Shown here piece after piece: positions 25,150 to 32,660 of a stretch of 39,778 nt of DNA. Made by a program: the position numbers and the translations under genes. Where the stretch lies: the NCBI GenBank assembly GCA_045645605.1, contig JAZRJC010000112.1:1-39778 (forward strand), written 5' to 3'. Every line of letters begins with the position of its first letter. Within the stretch, counting starts at the first letter, position 1. This stretch comes from Eubacteriales bacterium. Its GTDB lineage: Bacteria; Bacillota; Clostridia; Oscillospirales; CAG-272. The notes below the pieces were generated by a model. It did no database searches, had not been told where the DNA came from, and saw only the letters and a program-made list of their open reading frames with translations.

Positions 25150-26001
25150 TTATTCGTCCTTTTGCTCGACGTAAGGCTCAAAGCCTGTTAAAATCATAAC
25201 GTCTGAAATGTTATTAAGAGCCGCGCTCGGCTTTACTACAGCTGTCAGATTACGGCTGAACTCGTCGGGAACTATCTCGCTCACGACACCGATAATAAGA
25301 CCGCGCGGATAAATGCTTCCGACCCCGCTTGATACTATTTTATCACCGACCTTGATATCTGCATTCGTCGGAAGATATGAGATACGGCAGTAGCCGCTTC
25401 CGTTAAGCTCGTAAACGCCCTCAACAAGTCCGAGCTCTCCCGTTCTCTCAATGTACGCACCGATAGAGGTTGCCGTTTCGATAATTGTAAGCACCTTTGA
25501 GAAGTTGAGTCCGACCTCGCTGACGTATCCGACAATACCCTCGTTCGTTATGACGGGCATATTGACCTCGACCCCGTGAGCCGTACCCTTGTCAAGCGTG
25601 ATGACGGTCATATAATTTCCCGCCTCGCGCCGAATAACAGAGGCTGAGAGGAGAGAGTAGTCGGTATGCTCGCGTTTAAGCTCGAGATAGTTATAGAGCC
25701 ATTCGTTTTCTTCCTTGTAAAGCTCGGCCTCGTATATTTGTCCCTCAAGCTCGGCAAGCTTATCCCGGAGAATCCTGTTTTCCGCCTTCAGATTGTCGTA
25801 TTCACGAAAATACATAGTAAATCCGTCAAAAGCGTCCGAGATGGTATCAATAACGGCACTTATGGGCGACGCAATAACGCCAATAGCGTCCTTTACGAAA
25901 AAGCCAACACCCATAAAGGAGAGAACTGATGACACAATCACGAGAGCAAGTGCAAAAAGCAGAGCTATTATAAAAAATTTCGACTTAAAAAAATTAGACA
26001 T
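25150..26001 (-). CDS. mreC: Rod shape-determining protein MreC
   Basis: An N-terminal TM segment and a coiled-coil (ENRILRDKLAELEGQIYE) are followed by beta-barrel domains (MPVITNEGIVGYVSEV, SSGVGSIYPRGLIIGVV). Confidence 0.9.
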   Translation of the reverse strand: MSNFFKSKFFIIALLFALALVIVSSVLSFMGVGFFVKDAIGVIASPISAVIDTISDAFDGFTMYFREYDNLKAENRILRDKLAELEGQIYEAELYKEENEWLYNYLELKREHTDYSLLSASVIRREAGNYMTVITLDKGTAHGVEVNMPVITNEGIVGYVSEVGLNFSKVLTIIETATSIGAYIERTGELGLVEGVYELNGSGYCRISYLPTNADIKVGDKIVSSGVGSIYPRGLIIGVVSEIVPDEFSRNLTAVVKPSAALNNISDVMILTGFEPYVEQKDE

Positions 26002-26046
26002 AATAATTACAATCTCCGTGTGTATCCTTTATCTTTAATTTTTTTG

Positions 26047-27048
26047 TCAGCGTCTTAAAATTACGTTTCTGATGACTCTTGGGTCTTCAATTCCCTTACC
26101 AAGACCGTTAGCCACACAGTCGAGAGGCTTGTTTGCAACGGTTGCCAGAAGTCCGGTTCTATCGCCGATAAGCTCGGGAAGACCTCGGAGCATAGCACCG
26201 CCGCCCGCAAGAGTAATACCCGAATCGAAGATGTCGGCAGAAAGCTCGGGGGGCGTATTTTCAAGAGTTGCCTTTATGCAGTCAACTATTCTCTCAACCT
26301 GCTCGCTCGTTGCTTCTCTTATAGCGGCGGAGGTGATGGTGACAGTTATCGGCAAGCCTGTTTTCATATTTCTTCCGCGGATGTCCATCTCACCAAAATC
26401 GGCAGTATGGTGAACCGAGCCGATGCGTTTTTTGAGTTCTTCTGCCGTTGAGATACCGATAGCTATATTATAGCGTCTTCTTATGTACTGAACGATAGCA
26501 TCGTCAAGCTCGTCGCCGGCAATACGGAGCGAACGCGAAACGACGATTCCGTCAAGGCTGATGACAGCCACCTCGGTTGTACCGCCTCCGATATCAACTA
26601 TCATGCTTCCGCGAGGACTTGCAATACGAAGTCCTGCACCGATAGCCGCTGCCATAGGCTCCTCAACAAGGCTTACTGAACGTGACATCGCGTCAAACGC
26701 AGCGTCCTCAAACGCCTTTTTTTCGACCTCCGTAACTCCGTAAGGGATACAGATTATTACGTTCGGACGGTTGAAAAAGCCGCCTGTGTTGATTTTTCTG
26801 AAAAATTGGTGGAGCATTTCGGCAGTAACGTCAAAGTCTGCGATAACGCCGCCCTTGAGGGGTCTGAACGCCGCGATAGTGCCGGGAGTTTTACCGAGCA
26901 TCTTTTTAGCGTCAAGACCAACCGACACAACCTTTCCCGTCACGCTGTTCTTTGCAACGACGGAGGGCTCACGCAGAATAATTCCCTTTCCCTGCATATA
27001 GAAAAGAGTATTTGCCGTGCCGAGATCTATACCGATGTGTTTATTCAT
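26047..27048 (-). CDS. mreB: Rod shape-determining protein MreB (actin homologue)
   Basis: Contains IGIDLGTANTLFY, EPMAAAIGAG, VDIGGGTTEVAVISL and LAGGGAMLRGL. Confidence 0.97.
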   Translation of the reverse strand: MNKHIGIDLGTANTLFYMQGKGIILREPSVVAKNSVTGKVVSVGLDAKKMLGKTPGTIAAFRPLKGGVIADFDVTAEMLHQFFRKINTGGFFNRPNVIICIPYGVTEVEKKAFEDAAFDAMSRSVSLVEEPMAAAIGAGLRIASPRGSMIVDIGGGTTEVAVISLDGIVVSRSLRIAGDELDDAIVQYIRRRYNIAIGISTAEELKKRIGSVHHTADFGEMDIRGRNMKTGLPITVTITSAAIREATSEQVERIVDCIKATLENTPPELSADIFDSGITLAGGGAMLRGLPELIGDRTGLLATVANKPLDCVANGLGKGIEDPRVIRNVILRR

Positions 27049-27104
27049 ATATTACCTTTACCGTTCCTTCCTTGTTTTCTCGTGTTGTCTATCTATTTTG
27101 TAAG

Positions 27105-27710
27105 TTATTTTTTCATCGCATATTGGGAAAGCTCGATTCCGAATTCCCCGATCAGCTCACGAAGCTTATTGACGGGAAGCCCGACCACGTTAAAATAACA
27201 GCCCTCGATTCCCTCGACCCACATAGATGCATACCCCTGAACAGCGTAAGCGCCTGCTTTGTCGTAAGGCTCGCCACTCTCGGCATAACGCTCAATTTCC
27301 GTGTCTGTCATACGCGCAAACTTAACAAATGTTTCATCGTATGAGGATTTGACCTCATCTCTGTAAATTACCGAAATGCCCGAGAGGACAGAGTGCCTTT
27401 TTCCATTCAGGCTATTCAGCATTTTAATTGAATTTTCTTTATTGTGAGGCTTGCCCAAAATCTCACCCGAGCAGTAAACGATCGTGTCTGCCGCAATAAT
27501 GAGAGTGTCGGAGAGATTGCGCCCGCCGCCTATCAGGAGGTCGCGGACAGCTATCGCCTTTTTCTCGGCAAGCGCTTGAACAATCTCATATGGAGAGGCT
27601 GACGGATCATAGCTCTCGTCCGCGTAGCTCGTTACAACGTCAAACCGAAGACCAATAGTTTCGAGAATTTCTTTTCTTCTCGGAGATTTTGATGCGAGTA
27701 TGAATTTCAT
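27105..27710 (-). CDS. maf: Maf-like nucleoside triphosphate pyrophosphatase
   Basis: Contains MKFILASKSPRRKEIL, IIAADTIV and KAGAYAVQG. I chose the ATG at 27710, preceded by AAGGAGA. The longer track ORF to 27773 would overlap dut. Confidence 0.9.
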   Translation of the reverse strand: MKFILASKSPRRKEILETIGLRFDVVTSYADESYDPSASPYEIVQALAEKKAIAVRDLLIGGGRNLSDTLIIAADTIVYCSGEILGKPHNKENSIKMLNSLNGKRHSVLSGISVIYRDEVKSSYDETFVKFARMTDTEIERYAESGEPYDKAGAYAVQGYASMWVEGIEGCYFNVVGLPVNKLRELIGEFGIELSQYAMKK

Positions 27711-27720
27711 TTTGCTCTCC

Positions 27721-28173
27721 TTATTTAACACCTGTTGAGCCGAAGCCACCCTCACCGCGCTCGGTTTCGTCAAGCGTTAGAGCCTCGATGAGATTTGCGG
27801 AATAGACGGGCAAAAACATAAGCTGTGCAATTCTGTCGCCGCGCTCGATCTTGAAATCCTCTCTGCTTATATTGTAAAGACCAACGCAGATCTCTCCTCT
27901 GTAGTCGCTGTCAATGACGCCGATTGCATTTGAGAGGGTAATTCCTTTCTTTGTTGCCAAACCGCTTCTTGCCGCAACTATCGCAACCACGCCCGACGTT
28001 TCAGGAGAGATTGAAATACCCGTCGGCACGGTTACGCGCTCACCTGAATGAATAATGAGAGTCTCGCCCTCGTCGAGTGCGGCGCAAAGGTCGAGAGCAG
28101 CCGAGCCCTCTGTTTGATATTTTGGCAGAGTCATTCCTCTTGAGAGCTTGATTTTAACGTTGATTTTTTCCAT
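27721..28173 (-). CDS. dut: dUTP diphosphatase
   Basis: Contains GSAALDLCA, GVIDSDYRGEI, RIAQL and ERGEGGFGSTG. Confidence 0.95.
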   Translation of the reverse strand: MEKINVKIKLSRGMTLPKYQTEGSAALDLCAALDEGETLIIHSGERVTVPTGISISPETSGVVAIVAARSGLATKKGITLSNAIGVIDSDYRGEICVGLYNISREDFKIERGDRIAQLMFLPVYSANLIEALTLDETERGEGGFGSTGVK

Positions 28174-28195
28174 AACTGCTCCTTCGTTTGTTGTT

Positions 28196-30205
28196 TTAGC
28201 TTTGTATTCTTCTCACGGGATATGAAAGGGGGCGTCCTGCCTCAAACGAGGCGATAAGAGAGTCAACCTCGTGTCCTTTCTCGGTTGAGAAGATAAAGTG
28301 ACGAGAATTTATTCTGTATTTTGTAAGCTTGTCCTTTTTGTCTCCCATATACGTCGGGAGGGAATTGTAAATTACGCTTCTGTGATCGAGCTCGCGAAGA
28401 ACGGGGAAGCTGACGCCTCGTCTGTCACGCAAGGAAAGCTCTCCAGCGTTGCACCTCTCGCATCCGCCGATCTCAAGCCCTACGCATTTTTCGAGAAGCA
28501 TAAGCGGAATCCTTCCGTAAACCACGGCCGAGCCACCGATATCTCTTATTTGAGGAAGCGTCAGCTCGGGGGATAGGACGAGACCGTAAAAGCCCATATT
28601 CGAATAAAGAGAGGCAGTCTCTCTGTTTGCTATATTAAGCCTTATATCGCCAAAGAGGAGAAGACCTGCTTCTTTTGCGATCTCAATATGCCCAAGGTTT
28701 CCGCAAAGAGCATAGACGGCACCGTTTTCCTTTGCCGACCTTGCTAACGCCGAAACCTCGGCCCTGTCCGAATCGAATATTACGGGGGGCAGGATAATGC
28801 CGTTTGCTTTCTCTGCCGAAGCTTTATCGAATTTTGAGAGGGGCAAAAATCTTATGTCAAAATAATCCTTTGCTACCTCTGTAATCTGCGAGAGGTCATA
28901 AAAGCTTGCGGTTTTTATATCTTTTCTATCTATCGACCGAGTCGGTGGTGTGTATTCAACGAAATCAAAATTTCTTGACGGACTGCCGAGATATTTGGCG
29001 ACGGCATTACGGCGAAGAGCGTTGAGCGAGGAGATTGGAACAATCAAGCCCTCGTCAAGAGAAATATCTATCGCGTCCGCCCGAAGCGGAGTGTTGCCGA
29101 GCCTTGATAACTGCTTTTTTATATCAGCCTCGGACATAGGAGCGTTAATTGCGTCAAGCGGAGCGTCGCCTATGACTGTCACCTCTCCGCGCTCGCCCAT
29201 AATCGTTAATCTGATAGGCTCTCCACGCAGAACCTCTGCCACAAGTGTTACCCCAAGCCTTCTCGTAAGACCCGAAAACCGCTCGGTCTCACGGCTGCTT
29301 TCCTTATCGCTCTCGGAACGGATGCCAAGCATACGACTCCCGATATTTTCTGTAAAATATCCGTCGGTAAAGCCGCCGCGCGAGAAGATTGAGGAAAGAT
29401 ATTTGATCTCGTCTGCCGTCGCTCCGCGATTCTCGTCAAGAAGCGTTCTGTATATTGCCGTTACTTCGCGGACGTATTCGGGAGACTTCATTCGCCCCTC
29501 TATTTTAAGAGACGCAACGCCAGCCGAAATAAGAGAGGGAATATGTGGAGCCAAGCATAGATCCTTGAGGCTCAAGGGATATTTGTTCCCGAAGGGCAAA
29601 CGGCAGGGTTGAGCACATTCGCCTCGGTTTCCGCTTCTGCCTCCGACGATAGAGCTGAAAAGGCACTGTCCCGAATGGGATACGCACAGTGCTCCGTGAA
29701 CGAAGACCTCAGCCTCGATAGGAGAGTTTTCTGTAAACGTACGAATATTTTGAAGAGAGGTTTCTCTTGCGAGAACCATTCTCGAAAAGCCTAATTCCGA
29801 AAGAGTCTTTGCCGCCTCGACACAGTGTCCCGACGCTTGCGTGCTTGCGTGAAGAGTGATATCGGGAATGTATTTCTTCAGTGTTGTCGCACCGCCGATA
29901 TCGGCGACAATAAGAGCGTCAACGCCCATTCTGTAAAGCTCCTCGGCACACCTTAAGTATTCGGGAAGCTCGAGGTCGTAAACGAGGGTGTTCATCGTAA
30001 CGTAAGACTTCACACCGTATGAATGGCATAGCTCGATCGCTACGCGAAGCTCGCCACTGTCGAAATTTTTAGCGTTTATTCTTGCGTTAAATGAGCCTGC
30101 CCCGAAATATACGGCGTCAGCCCCTGCGTCAATGGCGGCTGAGAGGGCCTCGGGTGAGCCCGCGGGGGCGAGCAGCTCGGGCAGGGTGCTTTTGTTGTTT
30201 GTCAT
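28196..30205 (-). CDS. U32 family protein (long form, 669 aa) with a putative 4Fe-4S binding motif
   Basis: The N-terminal region is U32-like (LLAPAGSPEALSAAIDAGADAVYFG...). The Cys motif CVSHSGQC-X15-CAQPC involves residues 174, 181, 197 and 201. The start codon overlaps the zapA stop (TAATG). Confidence 0.85.
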   Translation of the reverse strand: MTNNKSTLPELLAPAGSPEALSAAIDAGADAVYFGAGSFNARINAKNFDSGELRVAIELCHSYGVKSYVTMNTLVYDLELPEYLRCAEELYRMGVDALIVADIGGATTLKKYIPDITLHASTQASGHCVEAAKTLSELGFSRMVLARETSLQNIRTFTENSPIEAEVFVHGALCVSHSGQCLFSSIVGGRSGNRGECAQPCRLPFGNKYPLSLKDLCLAPHIPSLISAGVASLKIEGRMKSPEYVREVTAIYRTLLDENRGATADEIKYLSSIFSRGGFTDGYFTENIGSRMLGIRSESDKESSRETERFSGLTRRLGVTLVAEVLRGEPIRLTIMGERGEVTVIGDAPLDAINAPMSEADIKKQLSRLGNTPLRADAIDISLDEGLIVPISSLNALRRNAVAKYLGSPSRNFDFVEYTPPTRSIDRKDIKTASFYDLSQITEVAKDYFDIRFLPLSKFDKASAEKANGIILPPVIFDSDRAEVSALARSAKENGAVYALCGNLGHIEIAKEAGLLLFGDIRLNIANRETASLYSNMGFYGLVLSPELTLPQIRDIGGSAVVYGRIPLMLLEKCVGLEIGGCERCNAGELSLRDRRGVSFPVLRELDHRSVIYNSLPTYMGDKKDKLTKYRINSRHFIFSTEKGHEVDSLIASFEAGRPLSYPVRRIQS

Positions 30206-30534
30206 TATCTTCTGTCCCTTGTGGGTACTCCGTTTTTTGCAAGCTCGGCGCGGAGTCTTTCGTTTTCCTGCGTTAAACGGTTGACCTGCGCACGAAGAAG
30301 AGCCATCTCGGCGTCGGTTGTGCGAAGCTTTTTCTGAGTTTTTATTTTATCCGAGCAATATTCAAGAGCGCATAGAAGAGCCGCCTCACTTTTTGAACAA
30401 CGTTTGCTGGCGATATTTATTTCACGAATCTTGCGGTCAAGAATACCGACAACCTCGCTCACAAACTCCTCGCTCTCCTCTGTTATCACGTTCATTTCTG
30501 TTCCTGCAATAACAATAGAATATTTCTGTTTCAT
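30205..30534 (-). CDS. zapA: Cell division protein ZapA
   Basis: A 109-aa protein starting at the ATG at 30534, preceded by GGGAGG. It begins MKQKYSIVIAGTEMNVITEESEEFVSEVVGILDRKIREI and has a C-terminal coiled coil (LRAQVNRLTQENERLRAEL). Confidence 0.75.
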   Translation of the reverse strand: MKQKYSIVIAGTEMNVITEESEEFVSEVVGILDRKIREINIASKRCSKSEAALLCALEYCSDKIKTQKKLRTTDAEMALLRAQVNRLTQENERLRAELAKNGVPTRDRR

Positions 30535-30582
30535 AAAAGCCTCCCTTTCCTTGCGCATAGCGAATTAATCTTAAAATAAGTG

Positions 30583-30611
30583 TTGAAAAAACACGTGAAA
30601 TGATATATAAT
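30583..30611 (+). promoter_or_regulatory. Near-consensus sigma-A promoter about 170 nt upstream of nth, with an overlapping inverted repeat
   Basis: TTGAAA (30583..30588), a 17-nt spacer, then TATAAT (30606..30611). The inverted repeat TGATAT-N6-ATATCA (30601..30618) spans the -10 element. Confidence 0.45.
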
Positions 30612-30778
30612 GATATCAGGTAAAACTTTTTGCAAAAAAGCCTATATCAACATTATAATACAAAATTATTTAATATTAAATAGATATTTGTAAAAAAATA
30701 TTAAATTTTTATTAATTTTATCAATTTTTCGGGCAAAAACAGCATTTTTTTCCAAAGCATCCAAAAAAAGAGGTAATT

Positions 30779-31435
30779 ATGTCGCAAAAAACGAAAAAAC
30801 AGCTTCTTGGCGACGAGGTTGTAAAAAGACTGAAGGAAATATACCCGTCAGCCGAATGTGCGCTTAACTATAAGGGTGAGCCTTGGCGGCTTCTCGTAAT
30901 GGGGCGGCTCAGTGCCCAATGCACAGACGCAAGAGTTAATATTGTCTGCGAGGAATTATTTTCGGTATATCCAACGCTTGAGGATATGGCGAATGCTGAC
31001 GTTGGGAGTATAGAGGAAATCGTCCGTCCCTGCGGACTTTTCAGAACAAAGGCACAAAATATAAAGGACGCGTGCCTTATGCTTCTTCATGATTTCGGCG
31101 GCGTTCTGCCAAGAAATATGGACGAGCTTCTGCTTCTTCCCGGTGTCGGACGAAAGATAGCCAATCTTCTCCTTGGGGATATTTACAAAATGCCCGCTAT
31201 TGTTGCGGATACTCATCTTATAAGAATCTGCGGTAGACTTGGCTTTTATCCCGAGTCGCAAAAGGATCCCACAAGGGTCGAGCGTGAGATGCTTCGGCAT
31301 ATTGAGCCGCCCGATCAGAGTGATTTTTGCCACAGGATCGTGTGGTTCGGACGAGAGTACTGTATAGCGCGCTCGCCTCGGTGTGACACCTGCCCGCTTG
31401 CCGATCTGTGTAAGCATAATCAAGTAAAAAAATAA
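30779..31435 (+). CDS. nth: Endonuclease III
   Basis: Contains the HhH-GPD motif LLLLPGVGRKIANLLLG and the C-terminal 4Fe-4S loop CIARSPRCDTCPLADLC. Confidence 0.93.
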   Translation: MSQKTKKQLLGDEVVKRLKEIYPSAECALNYKGEPWRLLVMGRLSAQCTDARVNIVCEELFSVYPTLEDMANADVGSIEEIVRPCGLFRTKAQNIKDACLMLLHDFGGVLPRNMDELLLLPGVGRKIANLLLGDIYKMPAIVADTHLIRICGRLGFYPESQKDPTRVEREMLRHIEPPDQSDFCHRIVWFGREYCIARSPRCDTCPLADLCKHNQVKK

Positions 31436-31440
31436 TAAAA

Positions 31441-31500
31441 AAGGAAGCTTGGCGCAGCCGTTTTATGAACGGTGCTCTCCCACAGCTTCCTTTTGTTTTT
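31441..31500. terminator. Bidirectional terminator between nth (+) and the PrsA-like gene (-)
   Basis: A long imperfect hairpin. The outer stem pairs GGAAGCT (31443..31449) with AGCTTCC (31484..31490). The inner stem pairs GCAGCCGTT with AACGGTGC. It is flanked by AAAAA upstream and TTTTGTTTTT downstream. Confidence 0.7.
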
Positions 31501-31502
31501 GA

Positions 31503-32597
31503 TTAGTATGAAAGGTTGACCTTTGAGCCGATGATGTCGTATTTTCCGAGAAGCTCCTCGTCGATGACGATATCCCCCTCAAGCTGCTTCAGCTTTTTCG
31601 TGAAAAGCTCTGTTTTGAGGTTTTTCTCGAAATCAGAAAAGAAGTCGCTGTTCTGCTCTGAGGCATACCCTTTTTCTTCAAGGGGAAGACGCTTGATGAT
31701 ATGGATTCCATACTCTGAATCAAGCATAGTATATTCATTCTCGGAAAGCTCAAACGCCGCCTCGACAACCTCATCGACGTACTGCGATGCTCTTGTGAAA
31801 TAATATCCCTCGGGATATGCTGTGTTTGCGTCGTCCTCGCTGTACGCGTAGATGAGCGAATCAAAGCTGGCACCGGCGTCAAGATTCGCCATAACCTCAA
31901 GAGCGCGACGTTCCTGCTCGGCTATCTCGGCATCGGTAAAATCACGCGTGAGAACCTTTCCCTCGTCGTCGTATTTATAATTTCCCTCGCTGTCTGTCTG
32001 TGGCTTGTTTGCGGTGTAGAGGAAGATCTGCTTTATGTGAACGTAATTTTTGCTGTAATATCTGTTTCGTTCGGTCACGGTAATTCTTTCAATTCCGCCG
32101 TCGCCGTAGAGATATTCCTCAAGACAATCAATCTTCGCCTTCATTATATAGGAGTCGCGGAGGATATCGTAATTGACGCCGTAATTTGCGAGAATTGCGT
32201 TAAGCTCGGACTTGCTTCCGTCGGCATGGTCGCGAAGCATCTCCTTCATAGTGGCATCGATGTCGGCCACAGTATCCTCGGGGAGGGTGAGATTATAATC
32301 GTCAAAAAGCTTCATGGCGCAAAGCATAGTTTTCATATTGTCCCAAACGAACTCGGTGAATATCTCGTTATAGGTTCTGCCGAGGCTATCCTCCTCGCGC
32401 CAGAGAGCGGAGTCGCCGACGTCGTAGATTCCCTTGACTCTTGACAGATAAAGCTGATATAGATTCTCGGATATCTCGTGACGGCCGAGCGACATAACGG
32501 CGTTCCCCTTGCCCGAGCATGAGATAAGGGCGGAGGAGAGGGTCAGAATTGCCAAAATGACGGCAATAGCTTTTATAGCCTTATTTTTAATCATCAT
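31503..32597 (-). CDS. PrsA-like lipoprotein with a parvulin-type peptidylprolyl isomerase-like domain
   Basis: The signal peptide carries a lipobox (AILTLSSALISC-SGKG). The region YVHIKQIFL...EGYYFTRASQYVDEVVEAAFEL...EYGIHIIKRL is parvulin-like. The ATG at 32597 was chosen as the start. The gene sits downstream of mfd, as in many Firmicutes. Confidence 0.6.
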   Translation of the reverse strand: MMIKNKAIKAIAVILAILTLSSALISCSGKGNAVMSLGRHEISENLYQLYLSRVKGIYDVGDSALWREEDSLGRTYNEIFTEFVWDNMKTMLCAMKLFDDYNLTLPEDTVADIDATMKEMLRDHADGSKSELNAILANYGVNYDILRDSYIMKAKIDCLEEYLYGDGGIERITVTERNRYYSKNYVHIKQIFLYTANKPQTDSEGNYKYDDEGKVLTRDFTDAEIAEQERRALEVMANLDAGASFDSLIYAYSEDDANTAYPEGYYFTRASQYVDEVVEAAFELSENEYTMLDSEYGIHIIKRLPLEEKGYASEQNSDFFSDFEKNLKTELFTKKLKQLEGDIVIDEELLGKYDIIGSKVNLSY

Positions 32598-32660
32598 TTT
32601 TTGAGTTTTCCTTTCGGTTCGCGGTTTTTTCGGTGGATAATCATGTATATTATACACGAA

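Noticed and set aside
32628-32640. A DnaA-box-like sequence GGTGGATAA
   Set aside because: It is a single 8/9 match inside the mfd/PrsA-like junction. There is no cluster of boxes and no AT-rich unwinding element, so it is not an origin.
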